Assembly: GCA_017463665.1 (NCBI GenBank)
Contig: JAFTOT010000087.1
Span: 5,871-69,870, forward strand
Reading direction: 5' to 3'
DNA from: Clostridia bacterium
GTDB lineage: Bacteria > Bacillota > Clostridia > Oscillospirales > CAG-272
Length of the DNA: 64,000 bases
Part shown: positions 1-9,282 of the stretch, piece after piece
Numbering within the stretch: the stretch's first letter is position 1
How the letters are laid out: each line of letters begins with the position of its first letter
Made by a program: the position numbers and the translations under genes
The notes under the pieces: model-generated
The model's input: the letters and a program-made list of their open reading frames with translations, nothing else
Database searches by the model: none
What the model was told of the DNA's origin: nothing

Positions 1-1
1 A

Positions 2-1456
2 CACGAGTACCGCGACATGCTGCTGGAATCCATCGCAGGCACCAGCGATGCGCTGATGGATAAGTATTTTGAAGACCCCGAGAGCATCACCCGTGAGGAA
101 GCGGTTGAGGCGATCCATGAGGGCATCATCCACGGCGGTATCGTTCCCGTTATCTGCGGTTCCGCCGCAAAGGTATGGGGCATCGCGCCGTTGCTCGATG
201 TTATCGTAGACTCCTTCCCGAGACCGACGGCTCGCGGCGTGGAGCATGACGTAGACGGCAATGATGTTGCCATTGAGAAGGACGGCGATCCCGCGCTCTT
301 CGTATTCAAGACGGTAGCCGATCCGTTCGTCGGCAAGATGACCTACTTCAAGGTCATGAACGGAACGGTCAAGCGCGACATGGTGCTGAAAAATGTGAAC
401 GGCACTGAGGAAAAACTCGCAAAGATCTACACGATCTGCGGCAAGAAGCAGACCGAGGTCGACTCGCTGTGCTGCGGCGACATCGGCGTGACCGCAAAGC
501 TGAACAATACCAACACCAACGATACGCTCAGCGCATCGGGTAAGGCGCAGTATGCGCATGTTATCTCCCCCACGCCCTACATGGCAAAGGGTATCATTCC
601 CGTATCCAAGGGCGACGAGGACAAGATCTCGCAGGGTATCGCAAGACTTCTTGAAGAAGATCTTACACTCCGCTATGAGAACAACGCCGAAACCAAGCAG
701 AGACTTGTTTACGGTCTGGGCGACATTCACCTCGATGTTACCGTTGCCAAGCTGAAAGCGCGCTACGGCGTTTCGGTCGCACTCGAAAAGCAAAAGATCG
801 CGTACCGCGAGGCAATCCGCAAGAAGGTTTCCGTAGAAGGAAAGCACAAGAAGCAGTCGGGCGGTCACGGTCAGTACGGTCACGTTAAGATGGAGTTCTC
901 GCCCAATGAGGAAGGCGGACTGCTCTTCACAGAGAGCACCGTCGGCGGCAGCGTACCGAAAAACTTCCATCCCGCCGTACAGAAGGGACTTGAGGAGGCT
1001 ATGAAGAAGGGCGTTCTCGCGGGCTTCCCGATGACAGGTCTCAAGGCAAATCTGTTCGACGGTTCGTATCACGATGTAGACTCGTCCGAAATGGCGTTCA
1101 AGATGGCTGCCTCCATCGCGTATAAAGAGGGTATGAAGCAGGCAAATCCCGTTCTCATGGAGCCGATCATGTCCATACAGGTCTATGTACCCGATTCCAT
1201 GGTGGGCGATATCCTCGGCGACTTCAACAAGCGCCGCGGCAGAGTGCTGAGCATCACCCCCGATGAGACCAAGCATGGCTCGACCATTATCGAGGCAGAA
1301 GTTCCGCAGGCAGAGGTGCTCGAGTACACCATCGCGCTCCGCTCCATGACGCAGGGACGCGGCCGCTACGATATGCAGTTCGTCCGCTATGAGGAAGTGC
1401 CGCAAAACGTAGCCGACGGCATCATCGCCGAAAACAAGGCAAACGTAGAAGAATAA
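2..1456 (+). CDS. Elongation factor G-family translational GTPase, 5'-truncated by window edge (domains II-V present)
   Basis: Frame of ORF 17..1456 stays open to the left edge. EF-G-type motifs are readable (YHDVDSSEMAFKMAASIAYKEG; GRGRYDMQFVRYEEVP). A strong terminator follows. Confidence 0.85.
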   Translation, partial: HEYRDMLLESIAGTSDALMDKYFEDPESITREEAVEAIHEGIIHGGIVPVICGSAAKVWGIAPLLDVIVDSFPRPTARGVEHDVDGNDVAIEKDGDPALFVFKTVADPFVGKMTYFKVMNGTVKRDMVLKNVNGTEEKLAKIYTICGKKQTEVDSLCCGDIGVTAKLNNTNTNDTLSASGKAQYAHVISPTPYMAKGIIPVSKGDEDKISQGIARLLEEDLTLRYENNAETKQRLVYGLGDIHLDVTVAKLKARYGVSVALEKQKIAYREAIRKKVSVEGKHKKQSGGHGQYGHVKMEFSPNEEGGLLFTESTVGGSVPKNFHPAVQKGLEEAMKKGVLAGFPMTGLKANLFDGSYHDVDSSEMAFKMAASIAYKEGMKQANPVLMEPIMSIQVYVPDSMVGDILGDFNKRRGRVLSITPDETKHGSTIIEAEVPQAEVLEYTIALRSMTQGRGRYDMQFVRYEEVPQNVADGIIAENKANVEE

Positions 1457-1470
1457 ACGAAATACCGCAA

Positions 1471-1505
1471 CCCCTCCCGCCGATTTTCGGCGGGAGGGGT
1501 TTTTG
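1471..1505 (+). terminator. Rho-independent terminator after EF-G gene
   Basis: Perfect 12-bp stem CCCCTCCCGCCG/CGGCGGGAGGGG, 5-nt loop, then TTTTT. Confidence 0.85.
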
Positions 1506-1698
1506 CTGTGTGGGGAATTCAACCTTGTAGGGCGCGTCGATGATGCACCCTGCTCTTGCGAAAAAAGGCAGATTTTGATAAAATAGCAACAGCATATTTA
1601 CAGATTTGAGCAAAAAACCAATTTTTTGACAAATTCGATAACGAAATCCAAAAGCCGTCGGTTATGGGTACTGTATATATAAAAGCATCGGGGAAGGG

Positions 1699-2313
1699 GT
1701 GGTTGCCATTCTTTTTTTTACACTGCTGTCGGCGCTGAGTGATGATGACAGGGATTTTATACGGGATATCTATGCCGAGTACGGCGACTACATGTATAAG
1801 GTGGCATTGGATGTTCTCCACAGCAAACAGGACGCGGAGGACGCCGTCATGGATGCGATGTACAAAATTATCAAATATATTGCAAAATTTGAGGGCGCGA
1901 CCGATAACGAAATCCGCAATCAAGTGGTTATAGGAATCAGAACCACCGTCAAACGAAAGGCGATCGATCACTACAACACCCGAAGGAATCGTTTTGCTGC
2001 AGAGACCGATCTCTATTACACCGATGCGGACGGCGAATATGCGATGCTGGATCCCGAAGACACATCTTTCGATTTGGATGCCATCGTGATCCGTGCGGAA
2101 AATCAGCGCGCGGTGCAAAAGGCGCTGCTGCGGCTGTCGCAGGAACTGCAGGACGCGGTCAATCTCACCTATATCGGCGGGTATTCCTGTGTGGAGGCGG
2201 CGGACTTCCTCGAGATCTCGGACGGCGCACTACGCGCCAGGCTCTATAAGGCGCGCAAAAAACTCAGCGAAATGTTAAAGGAGGAATTCCGTGAACACTG
2301 CGAAAAAAGATAA
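1699..2313 (+). CDS. ECF-type sigma-70 family RNA polymerase sigma factor
   Basis: Region-2-like DRDFIRDIYAEYGDYMYKVALDVL and region-4 HTH ELQDAVNLTYIGGYSCVEAADFLEISDGALRARLYKARKKL. GTG start; exact start uncertain. Confidence 0.75.
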   Translation: MVAILFFTLLSALSDDDRDFIRDIYAEYGDYMYKVALDVLHSKQDAEDAVMDAMYKIIKYIAKFEGATDNEIRNQVVIGIRTTVKRKAIDHYNTRRNRFAAETDLYYTDADGEYAMLDPEDTSFDLDAIVIRAENQRAVQKALLRLSQELQDAVNLTYIGGYSCVEAADFLEISDGALRARLYKARKKLSEMLKEEFREHCEKR

Positions 2314-2692
2314 TCTGGATGCACTGATCCTGCTGTCCGCGCATGTGCTCGCGGAGCAAAACTGCAAAGAGTTCTCCATGACAGATACCTCCGATGTGGT
2401 GCGTCCGAGGTCGCTCGACCGCAGGATCGAGCGCATGATCCGCCGAGAGGAGCAACGGCGCGCGCAAGGCTTCTTTTTTGCGGCAAAGCGCGTCGCCGCG
2501 ACGCTTTTGATCGTGTGTACGGTCACTGCAGTGGCGGCAATGAGCGTAAAATCGGTCTGCAATCTGTTTTTCAAGACGAGCATAGAGCAGCGTGAAGAGT
2601 ATATTTCCATTCGGCTTGTGACCGACACGGACGCTGCGGAGATCGTAAAGATCCAATACAGACCGACAGACATATCGAGGAGTACGCAATGA
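2291..2692 (+). CDS. Putative anti-sigma factor (single-pass membrane protein)
   Basis: GTG start 6 nt after AGGAGG, overlapping the sigma gene by 23 nt. Cytoplasmic N-part, then one TM (VAATLLIVCTVTAVAAMSV). Called from position and topology only. Confidence 0.5.
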   Translation: MNTAKKDNLDALILLSAHVLAEQNCKEFSMTDTSDVVRPRSLDRRIERMIRREEQRRAQGFFFAAKRVAATLLIVCTVTAVAAMSVKSVCNLFFKTSIEQREEYISIRLVTDTDAAEIVKIQYRPTDISRSTQ

Positions 2693-3249
2693 CAAAGGAT
2701 ACTGAGGATATCGCTCGCTTGGAGCGGCGATTGGTCAAACGATACAGACGGGGGCAGTGGCTGCAAAAGTGGATGCCAAAGCTGTTATGCCTGCTGGTGT
2801 TGGCACTGGCGTTTTATCTGTTTTATCCGATCACGGTGCCGTATGAGGATCTCGACCTCGAAGTGGTCGAGGAAGACGGCGTTTTCTACGTCTATGCCAC
2901 ATGGACGGTGCACGGCGGAACGGTGTACGGCGTGGAGCGTGCAAATGTTGGCTACGTCGATTACGAAAATAAGATCGACTATACCGACTACTATTTGCGG
3001 CTGGAGACCAGCCGATGGAATCTGCTCCTGTATCCGGGGCGGGAGAAGATCATTTCGCCTCGCTTTCACGCAGACGGGCGCGAGGTAGGCGCATCGGGAA
3101 CGCATCGGCATGTGGATGCAAACGGCGTGGCGTATTCGCTTACGTCGCGGTTCGGGCGCGTGTATTACGATGATCCGAGCGGCACTCCCGTGCTGCTGTG
3201 GGAATGCGGGGACATCCCGAAAGACAGTAAGGAGGCTGCGGATGGATAA
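2689..3249 (+). CDS. Single-pass membrane protein, unknown function, paralog 1
   Basis: ATGA overlap with the upstream stop. Basic N-terminus plus one TM (LLCLLVLALAFYLFY), then a beta-rich ectodomain. Alignable by eye to the next gene. Confidence 0.7.
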   Translation: MTKDTEDIARLERRLVKRYRRGQWLQKWMPKLLCLLVLALAFYLFYPITVPYEDLDLEVVEEDGVFYVYATWTVHGGTVYGVERANVGYVDYENKIDYTDYYLRLETSRWNLLLYPGREKIISPRFHADGREVGASGTHRHVDANGVAYSLTSRFGRVYYDDPSGTPVLLWECGDIPKDSKEAADG

Positions 3250-3817
3250 CGGTATGCAAGAGCTTGCGGCGTTGCAGCAGCAGTATGCCGCGGCACAGGA
3301 GCGTAAGCGAAAACGGATCAAGAAGATCATTCTCGGCATTCTCGTTTTTGCAGTGATCATGACACCGATATGCGTCTATCTGTTCAAGCCGATCCACTTG
3401 ATCGCCGAAGATTTAGATCTGGAGGCTGTAGAAAAAGACGGCATTATCTATATCTATGCCACTTGGGCGGAAGGCGGAACCATATACGCCCGAACAGGTG
3501 GTGGCAGTACACTTGACGAGGATGTCAAGCGCGTATCGTACTATATAGATTATGAAAACAAGATCGACTATGTAGACTGTCATTTTCGGTTGGAAGCCTG
3601 CAGATGGGATCTGCTGGTTCATCCTAAGAGGGACTACATATTTACGGAGAAATATTATCCGGACGGTCGTAGCGTTGCAACGATCTATGAATCGCATCGT
3701 GTAATCGATGAAAACGGGACGGCATACCAGATGTCGTCAAGATGTGCCAGATTGTTTTATGATGATCCCGACGGTACTGCGGTACTCGTTTGGGAATGCG
3801 AGGGGATTCCGAAATGA
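3242..3817 (+). CDS. Single-pass membrane protein, unknown function, paralog 2
   Basis: ATG 3242 lies 7 nt after AGGAGG and overlaps the stop at 3247-3249. The ORF-track start 3110 is rejected as an extension. Shares YIDYENKIDY..., SRWNLL/CRWDLL and WEC..IPK with paralog 1. Confidence 0.7.
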   Translation: MDNGMQELAALQQQYAAAQERKRKRIKKIILGILVFAVIMTPICVYLFKPIHLIAEDLDLEAVEKDGIIYIYATWAEGGTIYARTGGGSTLDEDVKRVSYYIDYENKIDYVDCHFRLEACRWDLLVHPKRDYIFTEKYYPDGRSVATIYESHRVIDENGTAYQMSSRCARLFYDDPDGTAVLVWECEGIPK

Positions 3818-4860
3818 AAACACTGTATTTGATTTTTTCTAAAATTCGCATGATCATTCGCGAGAGTCCGTTTATCTTTGCGGTACTGTGCATCGGCATG
3901 ACGGCGTGCAACCTCATGTTCATTTACATGTACGGTGTGGCGCAGGATCATAAGCGTGATCCCACCTTACCGGATTATTATGTGACCTATATCGGGAACG
4001 GTGAACAGCTCTGTATCGACGAGATCAGCCGCAGGGTAGCAGAAGTTGCGCCGCGCAGTACCGTGCGGTATTACACGACGATCGATGCCGACGCGACCAC
4101 GGTAGGCGAGCATACGGTGGATGCAGAACAGTTTGCCATCTTAGCAAGAAATGATGACGAATTTTTCGATGCTACAAGCGGAAGAACCGAGCGGCTGGCA
4201 GAGAAAAACACGGTGCTCGTCCCCGAGGAATACCGCGATACGATCTACAGCACGATCGTACTCAACGGCAGAGAATTTGAAGTGGTGGGCACCACTATTG
4301 TATCCGAGTTTTTCTTATCAAGAATCAGTTATATAGAAAACGGCTTTCTGCCCGATCTGATCACAGTAAGGATCATCGACAACGGCGAGACGCTGCAGGC
4401 ACTTTCCGAACAGTTCGGCGATGCGTACACCGTGGAGCACAAGATCCGCTATGCCGTTATGGCGAATAACCGGCAGACACAGTATGAGCTGTATGCCATA
4501 TACATTCTTTGCGCACTGACTTTCCTGTTTTTGTGTACGTATATCTACGAGGATTCGGCATATGAGCTCGGCGTGTATCAAATGCTGGGCGCGTCTCGCG
4601 GTAAGCTTGTCGCGGTACTCAGCGGCGTCATGTTTGTGCTGCTCAGTACACCGAGCCTTGCGGCACAGGTACTGCATGTGCTGCTGTTTGACGCTGTGTT
4701 TACAGAGCTGTTTACACAGGGCGTATACGTCTATACCTTGCGGGACTACGCCGCGATCTATCTGACATCCACTGCCGTGATCGAGGCATTTGTTATTTTG
4801 TATCTCCTGCTGAAAACCCGAAAGTCGGCGATCCAAAATGTGCGAAGAACCATTCGGTGA
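3814..4860 (+). CDS. FtsX/MacB-type ABC transporter permease 1
   Basis: ATGA overlap start. One N-terminal TM, about 190-aa ectodomain, then three C-terminal TMs (MLGASRGKLVAVLSGVMFVLL...). Confidence 0.7.
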   Translation: MKTLYLIFSKIRMIIRESPFIFAVLCIGMTACNLMFIYMYGVAQDHKRDPTLPDYYVTYIGNGEQLCIDEISRRVAEVAPRSTVRYYTTIDADATTVGEHTVDAEQFAILARNDDEFFDATSGRTERLAEKNTVLVPEEYRDTIYSTIVLNGREFEVVGTTIVSEFFLSRISYIENGFLPDLITVRIIDNGETLQALSEQFGDAYTVEHKIRYAVMANNRQTQYELYAIYILCALTFLFLCTYIYEDSAYELGVYQMLGASRGKLVAVLSGVMFVLLSTPSLAAQVLHVLLFDAVFTELFTQGVYVYTLRDYAAIYLTSTAVIEAFVILYLLLKTRKSAIQNVRRTIR

Positions 4861-4869
4861 GGAGGAAAA

Positions 4870-6048
4870 ATGAAAACATTCACTTTATGCTTGTCTTTTG
4901 TAAAACGGTACGCATTGTCGATCTGCATTACATGTTTGACACTGGCTTCCGGCATTTTTCTGCTGGTCGCCATGGTGGGGATGTATCAATTTCAAAAATA
5001 TACCTTGGAGGTGTACAAAGCCTCCGACCTGCAGGATGCTGTATTTGTTATGCCGTCTTTCTTTGAAGATGGAACAGAACTTAGAGAGAGATCACAGATG
5101 ATCCAAGAGACGGCTTCGCAGATGGACGGCGTCTCGCACATTTTGAATTATCAAAGTTCGATCGCGGGCTATGGGGATCATGTGACCAACGCCATGTATT
5201 GGTCCAAAGAGATGCGGGATAATTTCAAGTTGCAGCTCGTTGAGGGGGAATGGTTCAGTGAAGATCCCACCGAGACCGAGGCTGTCATCGGCGGTGCCGT
5301 ATGGGACGGCGTTTCGGTAGGGGACACCGTTACGCTGAGCAACGGCGTCACGGCAAAGGTGGTGGGCATCATGGGGGAGCACGTGGTATATCCCGCATTT
5401 TCATCCGGCACGAACGATGCTTTTCCCGCATCCAAATTGTTCAATACGATCGACACGATGGTTTTTCTCACCGAGGAAACGATCGACTTTGCATCGCTGA
5501 ACATTAAAAACATGAGCGGAAATAAAACAATGTTCTTTGTGTGCTTTGCAGACGATGCGACGCAGGCAGAGAAGGATGCAGTACTTTTGTATTTGGAGAG
5601 CGAGGGCGTCGTTCGCACATATGAGGACATCGTGCAGGATTCGGAGGATGCACTGGCAAGCATCGTCACGGAGCAGTTTCCGCTGCCGCTGTTTTTGCTC
5701 TGCATTACAACGATCGGTATCCTTTGCATCTGTGCTGTCATCGTCAAGCGCAGCATGCCCGATATGGCAAAGTATTATTTGCTTGGGTGTACAAAAGCGA
5801 GATATACCGGTATCCTTGCCGGGACTATGGCATGTGTCTTTTCGATCCCGGCACTGCTGGGTATCGCGGCAGTGGTGCTTTCCCCGGATGTTGTGCACCA
5901 AATCTTTCATGCGAAATATATTATCGACGCGCACTGCGTCCTGCCGATCATACTGTATGTATGCCTGTTGGTCGGCATTTTGATCCTGATGCCGATGCTG
6001 TTTTACCGTAAGTACTCGCCCGTGGATCTGTACAGGAGGAATTTGTGA
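4870..6048 (+). CDS. FtsX/MacB-type ABC transporter permease 2
   Basis: GGAGG RBS at 4861. Same 1+3 TM topology, with a MacB-like ectodomain (VIGGAVWDGVSVGDTVTLSNGVTAKVVGIMGE). Confidence 0.75.
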   Translation: MKTFTLCLSFVKRYALSICITCLTLASGIFLLVAMVGMYQFQKYTLEVYKASDLQDAVFVMPSFFEDGTELRERSQMIQETASQMDGVSHILNYQSSIAGYGDHVTNAMYWSKEMRDNFKLQLVEGEWFSEDPTETEAVIGGAVWDGVSVGDTVTLSNGVTAKVVGIMGEHVVYPAFSSGTNDAFPASKLFNTIDTMVFLTEETIDFASLNIKNMSGNKTMFFVCFADDATQAEKDAVLLYLESEGVVRTYEDIVQDSEDALASIVTEQFPLPLFLLCITTIGILCICAVIVKRSMPDMAKYYLLGCTKARYTGILAGTMACVFSIPALLGIAAVVLSPDVVHQIFHAKYIIDAHCVLPIILYVCLLVGILILMPMLFYRKYSPVDLYRRNL

Positions 6049-6710
6049 TGTTGAAACTGGAAAATGTATCGAAGATCTATGTTGTAGGCGGCAAGCCGTT
6101 TTATGCGCTGCGGGATGTGAGCCTTGAGATCGGGGACGGCGAGATGGTCGCCGTGCGCGGCAGGAGCGGCGCGGGAAAATCCACGCTGCTACATATCCTC
6201 GGCGCGCTCGATACCTTTGAGCGCGGCGACTATTGGATGGACGATGTGCATGTGAATGAGCTGAACAGCCGACAGCTCGCGAAGATCCGCAACCGGAAAA
6301 TCGGCTTTGTCCTGCAGGATTTTTCGCTCATCAATCACAAGACCGCGCTGTACAATGTCAAGGCGCCGATGCTCTTTAACAACGTGCCGTATCGGCAGAT
6401 GAAGTCCAAGGCGATGCAGGCGCTCTGCGAGATGCATATGGAGTCGCAGGCGAAGAAGGATGTGGTCAACATGTCGGGCGGTCAGCGGCAGCGCGTGGCG
6501 ATCGCGCGCGCCATTGTCAACGATACGCCGATCATCTTAGCCGATGAGCCTACGGGTAACCTCGATTCAAGTACGGCGGCGGAGATTATGGAGATCTTCA
6601 AAAAGCTTAACGGAGAGGGCAAGACCGTCGTCATCGTGACCCACGATGACGCAGTTGCAAGCTATTGTCACCGCACCATCACCATCAGCGATGGAAAGAT
6701 CATAGAGTGA
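6045..6710 (+). CDS. ABC transporter ATP-binding protein (MacB/LolD-like)
   Basis: Walker A GRSGAGKST, signature MSGGQRQRVAIARA, Walker B IILADEPTGNLD, H-loop VTHD. Start is GTG 6045 or ATG 6048. Confidence 0.9.
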   Translation: MMLKLENVSKIYVVGGKPFYALRDVSLEIGDGEMVAVRGRSGAGKSTLLHILGALDTFERGDYWMDDVHVNELNSRQLAKIRNRKIGFVLQDFSLINHKTALYNVKAPMLFNNVPYRQMKSKAMQALCEMHMESQAKKDVVNMSGGQRQRVAIARAIVNDTPIILADEPTGNLDSSTAAEIMEIFKKLNGEGKTVVIVTHDDAVASYCHRTITISDGKIIE

Positions 6711-6851
6711 GCAAAAGATGTGTTATACTATAGATGTTAATACAAATCTATCGTAATGCACCGATTTCTCGATTTGTTTCTCCTGCTTTTTTTCTTCGAA
6801 ATACTTCTTCTGCGAGTATCTCTACTTTTGTGTACTTTCTTGACATGGCAA

Positions 6852-6899
6852 AACCTCCTGCTGTAGTTACCTATATTCTACAACAGGAGGTTCTTTTTG
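6852..6899 (+). terminator. Hairpin/terminator closing the sigma-ABC operon
   Basis: 15-bp stem AACCTCCTGCTGTAG/CTACAACAGGAGGTT with one mismatch, followed by CTTTTTG. Confidence 0.6.
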
Positions 6900-6937
6900 T
6901 CATTGTCTATTTTTCGGGACGTAGTCTAGGGGGATTT

Positions 6938-7318
6938 TTATTTCATCAGCGCATCCGTTAAGCGGATGATTTCCGGTGCGATTCTTTCGCGTTCCTTTTT
7001 TAAGGTTCGGTTATACAGCGGATATGCGAGGCAAACGGTAAGAATACCGACGAGTCCGACTGCGATCCCCGGAATGAACAAAATGTCTTGCCAAACCATC
7101 GTACAGCACATGCCGATTCCCAACAGCAGAGCGCCGATAACGCCGACGACAAGCGATACTGCAGTAGCTTTTTGATAGACGCCGGCGTCCAGCCGCCGCA
7201 GCTGTGTCATTTGGTCTTCTTCCGCAGGGGCGTATTTTTTTCGAATGTTTTTGATCTCCTCCTGCTCCTTTGCCGAATACGTATAATGAAAGGCTTCTTT
7301 GTCATTTCTATTTTCCAT
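6938..7318 (-). CDS. Small membrane protein (two adjacent TM helices between helical N- and C-terminal segments), unknown function
   Basis: 126 aa, last gene of the TCS operon. Same architecture as 11721..12086, including a C-terminal YPLYNRTLKKERERIAPEII-type segment. Confidence 0.65.
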   Translation of the reverse strand: MENRNDKEAFHYTYSAKEQEEIKNIRKKYAPAEEDQMTQLRRLDAGVYQKATAVSLVVGVIGALLLGIGMCCTMVWQDILFIPGIAVGLVGILTVCLAYPLYNRTLKKERERIAPEIIRLTDALMK

Positions 7319-8207
7319 GCCGACTGCTCCTAATTCGTTTGATATTCTTTGTTGTCTTTACGATCATATAAACCGCCATAGTAATAACGATGATACTCAC
7401 ACCCGCACCCGTCGCGGCGATCATAATACGCTGATTTTCGGGCGCCATGTCTTTACCGAATTGGGAGAACATTGCCGTTTCGAGAGAAAGCATGGAAACG
7501 AGTGCCGCTGAAAAAGTGATGATCTTGGTCACGGTCATAACAGGGCTGTTATATTTACGATACTTGCAGAGATTGATAATTGCGTTTGTGGTGATATAAA
7601 ACGTGTATGCCGCCATCACATAGATCAGCATACCGTGATATGCAAAGCCTTTGTTCTGATACAGGATCATGAGCACCGCGCCGGACAGAACAAAGTTGAC
7701 CGTCAAGAGGATGCAGGAACACAGTCTTGCGCTTTTCAGCTCTGCGACTTTGTTCTTGCCGATTCCGGTTCTGCGGACATAGCGGACCAGCAAAAACCGC
7801 ATGATCGACAGGATCGCATAGTATCCCGCCAAGATCATAAACCACATGGAACGGGATGACAGGAAGGACAGCACGTTGGTTCCGACGTACAGCAAATTGA
7901 TCGCCAACGATGCATACAGCGAGACATGCGTTCGAAACGCTGCGTCCGTCATATAGCGGTTTCCAAGCGGATTGTCGTAAATCTTCTGCTTGATCTGCCG
8001 ATACCGCTTCGGCAAAACCATCGCACAGAATACCGTAACCACGCAAACGGTGTAAAATGCAACGACATATACGGCATAGGCGATCGGAGATTCGCTGCCG
8101 ATTTTGATCAAAGCGAGAGGAACCGCGACGGCGCTGATGCCGATGAGGAGGATCATTACAAAGATCGGTGGGAAAATAAGCTTTTTTCCGATTTTCTTCC
8201 AATCCAT
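7308..8207 (-). CDS. Polytopic integral membrane protein, unknown function
   Basis: 299 aa with many hydrophobic helices. Start lies 1 nt after the kinase stop and the gene overlaps the next by 11 nt. Confidence 0.65.
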   Translation of the reverse strand: MDWKKIGKKLIFPPIFVMILLIGISAVAVPLALIKIGSESPIAYAVYVVAFYTVCVVTVFCAMVLPKRYRQIKQKIYDNPLGNRYMTDAAFRTHVSLYASLAINLLYVGTNVLSFLSSRSMWFMILAGYYAILSIMRFLLVRYVRRTGIGKNKVAELKSARLCSCILLTVNFVLSGAVLMILYQNKGFAYHGMLIYVMAAYTFYITTNAIINLCKYRKYNSPVMTVTKIITFSAALVSMLSLETAMFSQFGKDMAPENQRIMIAATGAGVSIIVITMAVYMIVKTTKNIKRIRSSRHGK

Positions 8208-8208
8208 A

Positions 8209-9282
8209 TCATGCCCTCCGAATTTTGACAGTGAACGTCGTTCCTTTGCCGACCGAACTCTCTACGCTGATCTCGCCCTGCAGAATGTCTACTACCCGTT
8301 TGACAAGAGCAAGCCCGAGACCGTTTCCCTGTGCCGAATGAGAGGTGTCCCCTTGATAAAACTTTTCAAAGATGTGCGCGCCGACTTCCGCCGACATGCC
8401 GCAGCCCGTATCCTTGACCTGCACGACCGCATGGTGATCGGTCGCGGTCAGCGTCACCTCCACGCTGCCGCCCGGTTCGGTAAACTTAAAGGCGTTGGAA
8501 AACAGGTTGTTCCACACAAGCGCAAGAAGCTCCGAATCGGCTTTGACGCGGATGTTTTCGGCGATATCGGTACCAATATCGATCTCTGCCTTTTCCCAGA
8601 CATTTTCATACTGCAAAAGGCATTCGCAGAGCTGCTCGCCGAGGTCGAATTCGGTGGTCTGCGGATAGATCTGCTGGTTTTCCAGCCGATTGAGTTTCAA
8701 TATGTTGGTCATCATATCCGCCATTCGGCGGGAGCCGTCGGTAACACCCTTGGCGTATTCGATGCGCTCTTCGTCCGAGAGCGACGGCGCCTGCAAAAGC
8801 GTGCCGTAGTTCTGCATAACGCTGAGCGGGGTCTTCATTTCGTGCGATACATTGGCGATGAAATCGGTGCGCAAGGTTTCCACGCTGCCGAGCTCTTCCG
8901 CCATTTTGTTGAAACATTCGATGACCTGATTGAATGTATCGTCCGTGCCGAATCTGCTTTGCGGTTGGATGCGGACCGAAAAATCTCCCTGCATGATCTT
9001 TTTTGCCGCAGCCGTGATCTGTTCCACCGGCTTTTCCACGGTGAGTTTGCGGCGGAGCGCATCAATTGCAGTAAAAATCAAACTCAGCAGTGCTACGTTC
9101 CAAAAGGTGAGTTTCGCCGCGGCATTTAAATTTTCGTTGGTCAGGGGAATGCCCAGATCTTTGGACAACGTGGAAACGAACAGCATCGTGCAGCAGGTGA
9201 TCAAAAATGCCACCAGCAAAAAGAACAGCAGATAATGATGGAGCGCGCGAAGAATGTTATTCAGGCGTCCTTCTTTTTTCAC
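8209..9282 (-). CDS. Sensor histidine kinase (TM-HAMP-HisKA-HATPase_c)
   Basis: H-box FIANVSHEMKTPL, N-box NLFSNAFKF, G-boxes DTGCGM and GNGLGLALV. N-terminal TM helices. Confidence 0.9.
   Translation of the reverse strand: MKKEGRLNNILRALHHYLLFFLLVAFLITCCTMLFVSTLSKDLGIPLTNENLNAAAKLTFWNVALLSLIFTAIDALRRKLTVEKPVEQITAAAKKIMQGDFSVRIQPQSRFGTDDTFNQVIECFNKMAEELGSVETLRTDFIANVSHEMKTPLSVMQNYGTLLQAPSLSDEERIEYAKGVTDGSRRMADMMTNILKLNRLENQQIYPQTTEFDLGEQLCECLLQYENVWEKAEIDIGTDIAENIRVKADSELLALVWNNLFSNAFKFTEPGGSVEVTLTATDHHAVVQVKDTGCGMSAEVGAHIFEKFYQGDTSHSAQGNGLGLALVKRVVDILQGEISVESSVGKGTTFTVKIRRA

Noticed and set aside
1560-1698. Autoregulated ECF-type promoter (GGAAC-N16/17-CGTC-like) upstream of the sigma factor gene.
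   Set aside because: AAC and CGTC elements are present (…ACGAAATCCAAAAGCCGTCGG…) but only about 8-13 nt apart. No arrangement fits ECF spacing, so no promoter is called.
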